Shown: piece by piece, positions 49,065-56,760 of the stretch
Layout: each line of letters opens with the position of its first letter
Position numbering within the stretch: the first letter of the stretch is position 1
Virus record (IMG/VR): IMGVR_UViG_3300036770_003943
Coordinates: 124,001 to 188,000 of that record
Length of the DNA stretch: 64,000 bases
Strand: one strand, 5' to 3'
Position numbers and translations under genes: made by a program
Notes under the pieces: generated by a model
What the model was told of the DNA's origin: nothing
Seen by the model: only the letters and a program-made list of their open reading frames with translations
The model's database searches: none

Positions 49065-49922
49065 TTTTGTTTTAAATTCAGCAAGTTCTCGTTGTCCGAG
49101 ATTAAATTCTCTGGCTAGAGACTTTTCATCTCCGTGAGCTGCCACTATTCCCTCAAAGCGACTTGAATTTAATAGTTGTTTGAGTAAGTCAAATTCTTTA
49201 GCACTGAACTTAACTGAGTTTACAGCATAATCTTCAAATGCAGAACATGCTTCAGGAAACAACGGTTTTGCTAGATCATACATAGCACGAGCATATTCTT
49301 GAATCTCCCATTGAGCATGACGGTCCATACGTAAGCGAGCCATGTGTAAGAAATTCTTTAGGTTAGCTTTCCAGTATAATTCAGTATATCCGCTTACTGG
49401 CAGCACACTTCTTGCCAACTCCCTTGCCATACCCTCGTTGAGTAATTGTTCATAATCGCTATAATTTGTTTCAAAGAAGACTTCAAAACGTTGCTGTAGT
49501 TTTTGCTTCTTGGCAGTGTCCCAGTCTGATTCTTCTCTACCTTGCTTGTTAGTAGTGCTTTGTTTTTGTAATTGTTCCAGTTCAGGAATATAAAACTCAT
49601 CCGTTAATATGCTATAACGAGCACTATATTCATTGATACTAGCAGTGCGATGGCGTACCAGTTGCCTCATGACAAAGATAGGCAGTTTAATGTGAAACTT
49701 TAGTTCACACATTTCAAATGGTGTAGTATGTTCATGACGCATTAGGTAACGAATAAGGTTACGGTCATCTTGAACTTGCTTTGTGCCGGCACCATAACTA
49801 ACACGAGCTGCTTGGACAATGGCACTGTCATCGCCCATTGAATCTACTAGACCTACAAAACCATGATCTAGTACTGGAACATAATTGGTATTATCAAAAT
49901 CTATATCTTGTCTAAGTGTCAT
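49050..49922 (-). CDS. thyX: FAD-dependent thymidylate synthase
   Basis: AARVSY, HTTPFE, RQLVRHRTASINEYSARY (RHRx7S). Confidence 0.96.
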   Translation of the reverse strand: MTLRQDIDFDNTNYVPVLDHGFVGLVDSMGDDSAIVQAARVSYGAGTKQVQDDRNLIRYLMRHEHTTPFEMCELKFHIKLPIFVMRQLVRHRTASINEYSARYSILTDEFYIPELEQLQKQSTTNKQGREESDWDTAKKQKLQQRFEVFFETNYSDYEQLLNEGMARELARSVLPVSGYTELYWKANLKNFLHMARLRMDRHAQWEIQEYARAMYDLAKPLFPEACSAFEDYAVNSVKFSAKEFDLLKQLLNSSRFEGIVAAHGDEKSLAREFNLGQRELAEFKTKLGIL

Positions 49923-50224
49923 CTTTCTTCGCCGAACTGTGTTTGTAGTAGTGATTTAACATAATGGATTACTCTAGACTTTATTTTTGTACTGTCAATA
50001 AAAACTTCTATGTCAGCTACCTTTTCTCTAAGATGTTCTAATCCCTGTGCCTTTAATACTTCTCTAGCATCTTTCATTCCAACTAATTCTTCTTGACTAA
50101 ATTCCAATACTTCTCCATTGGTCAACTTTAATTGAATGTGTGTAATGTACTCTATTGGAACTTCTTCCATGACCACATCTTTAAGGATTTCTTCAAAACT
50201 TCTATCCTTTCTCCTAATCGCCAT
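49919..50224 (-). CDS. Hypothetical protein (101 aa)
   Basis: ORF with AAGGA SD, coupled to thyX. Confidence 0.7.
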   Translation of the reverse strand: MAIRRKDRSFEEILKDVVMEEVPIEYITHIQLKLTNGEVLEFSQEELVGMKDAREVLKAQGLEHLREKVADIEVFIDSTKIKSRVIHYVKSLLQTQFGEER

Positions 50225-50240
50225 GTCCTTGCGTCCTTAG

Positions 50241-50840
50241 TTACTTTTTTTTAGTGTACTTCCTCTTGGGCTTATCCACTGTAGTTTCTGTTATTACACT
50301 AGTATTTACTGCTTTCGTAGGATCTAGTGATTCTGCCTCTTTCAATAATCGTTCTGCTTCTTTATGAAAATAGGCTGCTTGACTACGCATTTGATTGGCT
50401 ATCTGAGTATCACTTAATGTGCCTGGACTGTTGTCCTGAGCAGGTGTAGCATTGATGTCACCGCTGGTTGTACGACCTTCGCTTTTCATTGAGTCAAGTT
50501 GATCATTAAGTAGATTTAACTTAATGGTAGCTTCTCTAGTTGGTAGCATGGTTACTTCGGTAGTGTTAACTTTTCTTAACCAACCACTAAGGTGAAGAGC
50601 TTCTAACATGTTACGGCCATCATGGAAACTGGTTCTACTTAGATAAGGATAAAAATCAACCTCACGCTGAGCACCTTCACTTTCCACAGCAGTAATAATA
50701 TCATCATGATATTGCCGTGGAAGTGATTCGGTTTCGACAACTAAACAACTATTATTTTCACCTGGCACTTGTCTAAATACCACAACACACTTCTGGCCAG
50801 TAGCGTCAACTTGCCCTACGTGTTTTAAAAACTGGGGCAT
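50241..50840 (-). CDS. Hypothetical protein (199 aa)
   Basis: ORF with AGGAG SD; basic C-terminus KPKRKYTKKK. Confidence 0.75.
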   Translation of the reverse strand: MPQFLKHVGQVDATGQKCVVVFRQVPGENNSCLVVETESLPRQYHDDIITAVESEGAQREVDFYPYLSRTSFHDGRNMLEALHLSGWLRKVNTTEVTMLPTREATIKLNLLNDQLDSMKSEGRTTSGDINATPAQDNSPGTLSDTQIANQMRSQAAYFHKEAERLLKEAESLDPTKAVNTSVITETTVDKPKRKYTKKK

Positions 50841-50851
50841 AACGACTCCTA

Positions 50852-51079
50852 TTAGGCTTTAGCGTCAGCAACTGGCTGAGCTTGTTCGGCAGATGCTGCT
50901 TGCTCACCTTGAGCTTCTTTTTCTGCTTTTTCTGCTTGCTCACGGGCATCATTTAAAAAGGCGGTTAGCTTTTCACTTACTGCGCCTACTTGTTGAATTT
51001 CAAGTATACTAAATGCGCCTCTTTTTACTGCTAATTCAACAGCGGCTAGCAAAATTGTCATATCATTAATGGTCATCAT
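50852..51079 (-). CDS. Hypothetical protein (75 aa)
   Basis: AGGAG SD and a TAAATA motif upstream. Confidence 0.7.
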   Translation of the reverse strand: MMTINDMTILLAAVELAVKRGAFSILEIQQVGAVSEKLTAFLNDAREQAEKAEKEAQGEQAASAEQAQPVADAKA

Positions 51080-51106
51080 AATCTCCTGTAAATTATATAC
51101 CTAGTT

Positions 51107-51112
51107 TATTTA
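51107..51112 (-). promoter_or_regulatory. Putative late promoter (ATAAATAAACTAG)
   Basis: The same 13-mer recurs at 58361-58373. Confidence 0.5.
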
Positions 51113-51137
51113 TTGTATAAGTTCGTATTATACAGAT

Positions 51138-51165
51138 AAAAAAAGGCAGAGTCAAGCTCTGCCTT
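51138..51165 (-). terminator. Intrinsic terminator after the vWA gene
   Basis: Minus strand GGCAGAG-CTTGA-CTCTGCC followed by a T run. Confidence 0.8.
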
Positions 51166-51180
51166 AATCGTTTTAAGTAT

Positions 51181-52368
51181 TTAGGTTTTCTTAAATGTAT
51201 AATGAGCAGTTAACCCAAATGGTGCTGTAATAGTTTCATTGCCATGAACTACGAACAAGGTGTCGCAGTAGTTCTCATCACCCCAGCTTCCAAAAGGACA
51301 ACCATCTGTAAACATAATAAACTGCTTGGGCGAGATGTCATTATCTTTCATGTAAGTCCAGCAAGCCTCGAAGTCAGTACCACCTCCGCCTTGAGCATCA
51401 TAGTCAGCAATATCCTCGCCATTGTCATCAGTAAACACTACCGGGTTATAAACTTCAGTGTCAAAACTAAACACTAAGATGCTGTAAGTAGTATACATAT
51501 CCATCATGCCCTTGACTTCGCTGAGAAAGTCTCGCACCATGTCATCGCTAATACTGCCCGAAGTATCAATACCAACTACAATATCCAAATGTTCTGCTGG
51601 TAACATGCCAGGTAATACTGCTCCAGTGTGCCAACTTTTACGACTGGGACGCATAAACGAATAGTTATTCTTGAGACTGGACTCCAACTGAATACGCAAC
51701 AAATCTTGCCAACGCAATTTTGGAGCAGTAAATTGCTGAATTAAGCGACGAATACCTGCGGGAGTATTGCCTGCTCCTGCGGCTTGAGCACTTTGAAGAA
51801 CAGCCTCCTTGATCTCATCACGGATCTTCTTCATAGTTTCTTCGTCAATCTTAATGCCGCTTGACTTACTTTTACCGTCGCTGCCTTTGCCGTCTTCGCT
51901 TTCCTTGCCCTCCCCGTCTAGGTGCATGTCCAAAGTTACTTGGATTTCTACAGCGTTCTCCATGAGCTTGTCATAGACTTCTTCTGCGGTCATGTTGCGA
52001 TATTGAACATCCCACAGGATAGGAACTTTATTGATCTTTTTACCTACGTTATTTTCAATAAGCATGTCATTGACAAGATAGTCACCTGCCATGTTCCAAA
52101 TTTGGGGATGGCGTTCACCTCGGCGGCTCATGTGATTGTAGACGCAGTGTCCTACTTCGTGTCCAAACAAAAACACCAACTCGTCGTCATCTAACTTGTT
52201 GATGAATTCACTGCTGTAATAAAAATTACGTCCATCTGTTGCCGCAGTCTTGCACCAATCACTGGACTCTATTAATTTCAATCGAGTAGCAAGATTGCCC
52301 CAAAATGGATGCTTAAGCAGCATCTTAACACGAGCTTTAGTTAGTCTGTCCCGTACATCTAGTGTCAT
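51181..52368 (-). CDS. Metallopeptidase-like + vWA domain protein (DUF2201-type), partner of the MoxR ATPase
   Basis: TAATDG, HEVGH (HExxH), MIDAS DTSGS, GGGGTDF. Confidence 0.85.
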   Translation of the reverse strand: MTLDVRDRLTKARVKMLLKHPFWGNLATRLKLIESSDWCKTAATDGRNFYYSSEFINKLDDDELVFLFGHEVGHCVYNHMSRRGERHPQIWNMAGDYLVNDMLIENNVGKKINKVPILWDVQYRNMTAEEVYDKLMENAVEIQVTLDMHLDGEGKESEDGKGSDGKSKSSGIKIDEETMKKIRDEIKEAVLQSAQAAGAGNTPAGIRRLIQQFTAPKLRWQDLLRIQLESSLKNNYSFMRPSRKSWHTGAVLPGMLPAEHLDIVVGIDTSGSISDDMVRDFLSEVKGMMDMYTTYSILVFSFDTEVYNPVVFTDDNGEDIADYDAQGGGGTDFEACWTYMKDNDISPKQFIMFTDGCPFGSWGDENYCDTLFVVHGNETITAPFGLTAHYTFKKT

Positions 52369-52392
52369 TGTTCACTCCTATATAATATACTT

Positions 52393-52421
52393 ATTATATG
52401 ACACATAATATATTGTGTCAA
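52393..52421 (-). promoter_or_regulatory. Perfect sigma70 consensus promoter
   Basis: TTGACA-17-TATAAT; the -35 abuts the upstream TAA. Confidence 0.8.
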
Positions 52422-52754
52422 TTAATTGCCAAAGTGTAGCCTAAACAAAAAGGCATCATGTGGATTTCGAAACCATATTAGCATGGCACTGTTAAATGGA
52501 ACATGGTAGTCTAAACCACGTAGATTAGTCTTTTTGGTCCAACCAAAGATTTCACTGTTACTGATGCCGTACCTGCTGATACTAGTCCATTCTTTTTTGG
52601 CACGTTCAAAGTATTCGTGCATTAAGGCTCTTGTCACATGGTCAGTACCTAGCACACTTCTCACATAATCCATGTCACCATAGACTAACTCTAACACAGT
52701 GTTAGAAAAGGGGATCAAGTCCCCTTCTTTTGCTAAGAACTTAGTTGCTGACAT
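52422..52754 (-). CDS. Hypothetical protein (110 aa) between the ATPase and vWA genes
   Basis: Coupled to the ATPase; ends WFRNPHDAFLFRLHF. Confidence 0.65.
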   Translation of the reverse strand: MSATKFLAKEGDLIPFSNTVLELVYGDMDYVRSVLGTDHVTRALMHEYFERAKKEWTSISRYGISNSEIFGWTKKTNLRGLDYHVPFNSAMLIWFRNPHDAFLFRLHFGN

Positions 52755-53847
52755 CGACTACCAAGTGAGCGTAACGCTTGAAGAACTCTGGGAAGTTCTT
52801 GAGCTTCTTGTGGTCGAAGGGCAAGTTGTAATTCTTGAGCGCAGTATGAGCACCCATAATTACCATCTCGGGTTCAAAATTATCCATCATATACTGGATA
52901 AAGTTTTCGCACTGACTATGCCATTTGTCTACCTTATTATTCTTGCGAGCATCTTCGTAGCCATCCTTGAGCTCATAGCACAGGCTAGTGGTCAAACTAT
53001 ACATAGCACTGACTTCTTTGACCTTTAAGTCCTTGACCTTGCCAGCAAGAATATCTGCTGGGTTGGGTAAGTCTGCGGCAATCTTACGATGTGCCATAAA
53101 CTTAATAGCAAGTCCTTCACCAATAGTGCCAGCAGCCATATCAGTCTGCTCGTTCTCAGTCATAGTGTCGTCAATAAGGTCACTAAGGAAAGCCCAACTA
53201 CGAGGAGTAGCAAAACTGCGGTCATGCACTGCGGGATCAAAGTTAAACAAGTCACTCTTGGCCCAGTTCAAGTAGCCTACAATATCTGAATGAATACGAT
53301 TTTGCAGAGCCCATACGTTCCAGTCAGCAAAGTCAACACGCAGTTCAAAGTGAACAAAACGGTTAGCCAACGGAGTAGGCATGCGATACGTCACACCCTT
53401 GTCAGTCATACGATTACCTGCTGCCATAATAACTACATTATCGGGCAGTCGATAAGTACCAACACGGCGGTTAAGAATAAGTTGGTAAGCCGCAGCCTGA
53501 ACAGCGGGAGGAGCACCTGCAAGCTCATCTAAGAACAGTAACACCACAGGATGTTTACTGGCGAATTCTTCGCTGGGCAGTTCTGCTGGAGGAGCCCACT
53601 CCATAGTGTTAGAACCGGCATTGTAAAAAGGAATGCCTTTGATGTCAGTGGGTTCCCACAAGTTCAAACGAACATCAATAAGAGCACCACCTAGATCCTC
53701 TGCCAATTGTGCGGCAATATCACTTTTGCCTACACCTGGGGGACCCCACAACATAACAGGTCGGCGAACATTCATAGCCCTGCGGATTAAACGCTTGGCT
53801 TCAGTAATCTTTACTGTACGACCTTCAATTTTTTCTTGCTTTGCCAT
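52741..53847 (-). CDS. MoxR-like AAA+ ATPase
   Basis: Walker A GPPGVGKS, Walker B LLFLDE, AAGN, arginine finger NRF. Confidence 0.9.
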   Translation of the reverse strand: MAKQEKIEGRTVKITEAKRLIRRAMNVRRPVMLWGPPGVGKSDIAAQLAEDLGGALIDVRLNLWEPTDIKGIPFYNAGSNTMEWAPPAELPSEEFASKHPVVLLFLDELAGAPPAVQAAAYQLILNRRVGTYRLPDNVVIMAAGNRMTDKGVTYRMPTPLANRFVHFELRVDFADWNVWALQNRIHSDIVGYLNWAKSDLFNFDPAVHDRSFATPRSWAFLSDLIDDTMTENEQTDMAAGTIGEGLAIKFMAHRKIAADLPNPADILAGKVKDLKVKEVSAMYSLTTSLCYELKDGYEDARKNNKVDKWHSQCENFIQYMMDNFEPEMVIMGAHTALKNYNLPFDHKKLKNFPEFFKRYAHLVVDVSN

Positions 53848-53875
53848 CTCAAACTCCTTGTTAAGTAATATGGCT

Positions 53876-53904
53876 ATTATATGTTAGTCTGTATTTTGTG
53901 TCTA
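53876..53904 (-). promoter_or_regulatory. sigma70-type promoter
   Basis: TAGACA-17-TATAAT; the -35 abuts the upstream TAA. Confidence 0.7.
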
Positions 53905-54252
53905 TTAAACTTCTTCGGCCGCACGTTGAGCCATGAGTTTCATGTCCATCTCCACACTTTTGGGACGTCGTGGAACATGAGCTTTGATTGGAATATCCGC
54001 AGTCTGCGGAGTATCCCCAAATTCTTGTCTTACATAAAAATTAATAAGTTGTCGCATGACGATACCAACTAAACCTTCAGGTCCATGTTCGTCAGGGCAG
54101 ATGAATCTTACTGGGCACCGTCCCCAAGTTTTGGTAATAAGGAATTCATGAAAGTAAGCACGATGGTCCTTGTCCTCAGCATCAAAAGCAACTAAAGGAC
54201 GCTGATAATATTCTAGTCTACTCATTGTAATCCTAATAAAAAGGTGGGGCAC
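53905..54252 (-). CDS. Hypothetical protein (115 aa; probable start MSRLEY)
   Basis: AGGA SD before MSRLEY; FDA.DKDHR..F..F...TWG.CP.RF pattern. Confidence 0.7.
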   Translation of the reverse strand: MPHLFIRITMSRLEYYQRPLVAFDAEDKDHRAYFHEFLITKTWGRCPVRFICPDEHGPEGLVGIVMRQLINFYVRQEFGDTPQTADIPIKAHVPRRPKSVEMDMKLMAQRAAEEV

Positions 54253-54345
54253 CTTATCGGTTATTTAAGACTGGCCCGTCTGTGAGCACTGTCCCCTTGC
54301 CTTCACACGGCAGTTAATCTTGCGGGGCATTGCACCCCGCCGAGT
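54240..54345 (-). ncRNA. Candidate structured RNA element (family not recognised)
   Basis: GC-rich ~100-nt gap with hairpins GCGGGG/CCCCGC, TGCC/GGCA, AGAC/GTCT and AAGGTG/CACCTT followed by a T run. Confidence 0.3.
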
Positions 54346-54355
54346 TATACGTTAA

Positions 54356-54616
54356 TCACTCGCCCTGTGCGGCGGCAACTACGTCTTCAGCAGAAGCATC
54401 AGTGTCTGCTGGCACTGCGAACAACTTGTTCGCACGAGCGAATTCAATACCTGCCTCTTTGGTCATTGCTTGGGGCAGTTCGAACAGCTCAACATCAGTG
54501 TGACCGTTCTTAACAAGATTCTTAATACGAGTTGCCAAGTCATTGGCAAAACGAACCTTAGTCTTGCCGTTAAGAGTTGAAACACCAATTACCTTAAAAA
54601 CTTTATTAGTAGCCAT
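54356..54616 (-). CDS. Hypothetical protein (86 aa)
   Basis: GAGAGG SD and own promoter. Confidence 0.75.
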   Translation of the reverse strand: MATNKVFKVIGVSTLNGKTKVRFANDLATRIKNLVKNGHTDVELFELPQAMTKEAGIEFARANKLFAVPADTDASAEDVVAAAQGE

Positions 54617-54671
54617 TTTAAAAATTACCTCTCTCTGTGTAAAAACATGGTAAAAAACTTACCATACCATT

Positions 54672-54700
54672 ATAGTAGCACTACTACCATTTTGTGTCAA
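54672..54700 (-). promoter_or_regulatory. sigma70-type promoter
   Basis: TTGACA-17-TACTAT(AAT), with the shared TTGACACAAAAT extension. Confidence 0.6.
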
Positions 54701-54842
54701 CGTCCCGCTTGTCCGTTTTCTTGCGGTTGTAGACCTTGGCACTAGGAACTACCTGTGGGCGAAATTGCCCGTTATGGAACAGAAAATCAGCACGTCTGCG
54801 ACTGTGAGCAATCTGCATTGTAAACTTCATAATCTGTTTCAT
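54684..54842 (-). CDS. Small basic protein (52 aa), below the ORF-track cutoff
   Basis: MKQIMKFTMQIAHSRRRADFLFHNGQFRPQVVPSAKVYNRKKTDKRDVDTKW; AAGGAG SD and promoter upstream. Confidence 0.65.
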   Translation of the reverse strand: MKQIMKFTMQIAHSRRRADFLFHNGQFRPQVVPSAKVYNRKKTDKRDVDTKW

Positions 54843-54872
54843 AACAATCTCCTTGTTACTTACTATACCTAT

Positions 54873-54901
54873 AGTATAGTATCAACTCAATTTTGTGTCA
54901 A
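54873..54901 (-). promoter_or_regulatory. sigma70-type promoter
   Basis: TTGACA-17-TATACT; the -35 abuts the upstream TAA. Confidence 0.75.
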
Positions 54902-55162
54902 TTATTTACCGCGAATTCGATTTATCACCTCCTCAACTTCAGTGCCTTCAAAGTTCTTGAAATCTTCAAATAATGCGTCCTGAACTGCTAAGACCAGCAG
55001 TTGTTCGCAAGTTTTTGCCAGTTCTAGTTCACGTTCGTCTAAGCAGGCCTTAAAACTTTCTAACTCTCCTTCAGTATCAATGCTGTATAATACATCCAAC
55101 ATTTCAACCGCTTCAGCAGTTAAGCCTTCAATATTGATCTTTAGGTCTCGTTGAGACTTCAT
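54902..55162 (-). CDS. Hypothetical acidic protein; start at MKSQRD
   Basis: The later ATG avoids overlap with the upstream ORF. Confidence 0.65.
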   Translation of the reverse strand: MKSQRDLKINIEGLTAEAVEMLDVLYSIDTEGELESFKACLDERELELAKTCEQLLVLAVQDALFEDFKNFEGTEVEEVINRIRGK

Positions 55163-55164
55163 GC

Positions 55165-55446
55165 TTATTTCCGCTCCATAACATAAGTTGATAAGATCCA
55201 CTTGGCACGATTCAACAATTGACGTTGGTCTTCCAGGATGTTAGCCAGTGTATCGCTGTCATAAGGGCCATAGCTGACCATTTCTTGTGCGTCGCTCATC
55301 ATGCTCATGGCATACATAGCAGCACCACTAAAACGATAAGTCAAACTTTGTTCTACTGCTTCACGCATTTGAGCTTCAGTACATCCATACATACGGACTT
55401 CACGGCGTTGCTGTTCAGTTAATGCTTGGTAAGTCGCTGTAGTCAT
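55165..55446 (-). CDS. Hypothetical protein (93 aa)
   Basis: AGGAG SD; REVRMYGC motif. Confidence 0.7.
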   Translation of the reverse strand: MTTATYQALTEQQRREVRMYGCTEAQMREAVEQSLTYRFSGAAMYAMSMMSDAQEMVSYGPYDSDTLANILEDQRQLLNRAKWILSTYVMERK

Positions 55447-55471
55447 TCGGTACTCCTAATTAGTCGTTGAG

Positions 55472-55824
55472 TTCGTACTGCTCATCATACCATGAATCGT
55501 TGTCAAACCACAGTTCAGCATAAGCCTGTATAGAGGTTCTTAAACCAAAACTCATCTCCACGGGCTTCAGCATACCGCTCTGCTCTTTGTAGAAACTCCA
55601 CTCTACTCTCCTTCAACTAAGTAGTCTCTCAAGTATTCTTTAGGGCATTGAGCTAGTAGGATCTCCAAGTCCTCGGTCTGTCCCAACTCAAAGTCCCACT
55701 TGATCTGCTCTATAACCTTTTCAATTAACTCTACAAGTTCTGTATCCATCTCTCACTCCATGTCCAATTCGTACTGCTCATCATACCATGAATCGTTGTC
55801 AAACCATAATTCAGCATAAGCCTG
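55472..55824. repeat. 57-bp direct repeat (55472-55528 and 55768-55824; 55/57 identical)
   Basis: Both copies encode QAYAELWFDNDSWYDEQYE on the minus strand; the two mismatches convert CTG to TTA (both Leu). Confidence 0.9.
55603..55749 (-). CDS. Small acidic protein (48 aa), below the ORF-track cutoff
   Basis: MDTELVELIEKVIEQIKWDFELGQTEDLEILLAQCPKEYLRDYLVEGE; GGAG upstream. Confidence 0.6.
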   Translation of the reverse strand: MDTELVELIEKVIEQIKWDFELGQTEDLEILLAQCPKEYLRDYLVEGE

Positions 55825-55953
55825 CAACATATTAGAATAAGCCTGCCATACCCAATCGATGGGTACATTGAAGTAGTCGGCAACATCCTCAACGCTAGAG
55901 CCACGCTCTAACATCTCCTGCATCTCAATGTCCAAGTCGCTCATTCTGCTCAT
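55753..55953 (-). CDS. Small acidic protein (66 aa); start at MSRMSD
   Basis: GGAG SD; follows the stop of the 46-aa ORF. Confidence 0.7.
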   Translation of the reverse strand: MSRMSDLDIEMQEMLERGSSVEDVADYFNVPIDWVWQAYSNMLQAYAELWFDNDSWYDEQYELDME

Positions 55954-55954
55954 A

Positions 55955-56095
55955 TTATTGACTCCAAAAAGATTCACTATCTACACGGCAACTCCAGGGA
56001 GTGTCCACGGGCTGCTGGATCCACTGCTCTGTCATCAAGTTCCAAACCCACTCATATCCTTCTTGGGGCTGCTCTAGGGGTTTCTCTGGTTTCAT
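55955..56095 (-). CDS. Small Trp-rich protein (46 aa), below the ORF-track cutoff
   Basis: MKPEKPLEQPQEGYEWVWNLMTEQWIQQPVDTPWSCRVDSESFWSQ; AGGAG SD and promoter upstream. Confidence 0.65.
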   Translation of the reverse strand: MKPEKPLEQPQEGYEWVWNLMTEQWIQQPVDTPWSCRVDSESFWSQ

Positions 56096-56125
56096 CGCTG
56101 ACTCCTAATTGCTTACTATAACCAT

Positions 56126-56154
56126 AGTATACTGCCAAACCGATTTTGTGTCAA
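56126..56154 (-). promoter_or_regulatory. sigma70-type promoter
   Basis: TTGACA-17-TATACT; the -35 abuts the upstream TAA. Confidence 0.75.
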
Positions 56155-56403
56155 TTAACGGTATTTTGCCATAATTTCAGCGTGTTGTTGTTTCATTTCC
56201 TCAGTGCTACGCTCGGTTTCTAGCCGATTTAGGTTAATCTGGTAAATCATGTAGATACAAAATGCTATGAAAAACCATGTTAGTCCTGTAGATATTTCAT
56301 CTGGGCTAAAACGACTACCCAAAACTTGTAACGTAATTACTGCGGCATTGACGCCTAAAATAAAGGCTCCAACTTGGAGAGCTGCTTTTAACTTCAAGTT
56401 CAT
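56155..56403 (-). CDS. Small membrane protein (two hydrophobic segments)
   Basis: AALQVGAFILGVNAAVITL and WFFIAFCIYMIY. Confidence 0.7.
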   Translation of the reverse strand: MNLKLKAALQVGAFILGVNAAVITLQVLGSRFSPDEISTGLTWFFIAFCIYMIYQINLNRLETERSTEEMKQQHAEIMAKYR

Positions 56404-56427
56404 TTTTTCCCTTTCATATTATGCCAT

Positions 56428-56456
56428 ATTATAGCAATTTTACCATTTTATGTCAA
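56428..56456 (-). promoter_or_regulatory. Perfect sigma70 consensus promoter
   Basis: TTGACA-17-TATAAT directly after a terminator T run. Confidence 0.8.
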
Positions 56457-56457
56457 T

Positions 56458-56483
56458 AAAAAACAAGCCGCATTGCGCGGCTT
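56458..56483 (-). terminator. Intrinsic terminator
   Basis: AAGCCGC-GCAAT-GCGGCTT followed by GTTTTTT. Confidence 0.8.
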
Positions 56484-56493
56484 CAGTACGACC

Positions 56494-56760
56494 CTATCCC
56501 AGGGTTGTAGTTTTTTCGAACTTCAATATGGCTAATAATCTAGCTAACTTGAGTCGACTTTTCACATAATCACTTAATTCTTCGTTTTTATTGTTGGTAT
56601 TTAGTTCTTGTATTTCTAATCTTCTTAGATTACGACCTAAATCGAGCTCTAGAGCAATAACGTTAGAATCTAGATCGCCATCGTCGAGATTACTTCTTAG
56701 CAGTCTCTGCTGGTTTCTTTTCGTCCTTGGCAGGAGCAGCAGCAGGTGCTTTTGCGTCAC
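56494..56760 (-). CDS. Possible overlapping ORF (+1 frame of the secreted-protein gene); start uncertain
   Basis: Fills the gap up to the terminator, but the only start (GTG 56760) lies 71 nt inside the upstream gene. Confidence 0.35.
   Translation of the reverse strand: MTQKHLLLLLPRTKRNQQRLLRSNLDDGDLDSNVIALELDLGRNLRRLEIQELNTNNKNEELSDYVKSRLKLARLLAILKFEKTTTLG

Noticed and set aside
54244-54297. tRNA/tmRNA-like ends (GGGG...CCCCACC), or a pistol/HDV ribozyme
   Set aside because: About 54 nt, with no TTCG T-loop and no CCA. The pistol-like pieces (stem-loop, TAAATA, AGGTGC) are too close together and no HDV P1 partner exists. Kept only as an unclassified structured candidate.
55472-55824. 57-bp direct repeat as a CRISPR array or attachment site
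   Set aside because: Only two copies, 296 bp apart, both inside coding frames; no cas or integrase gene nearby.
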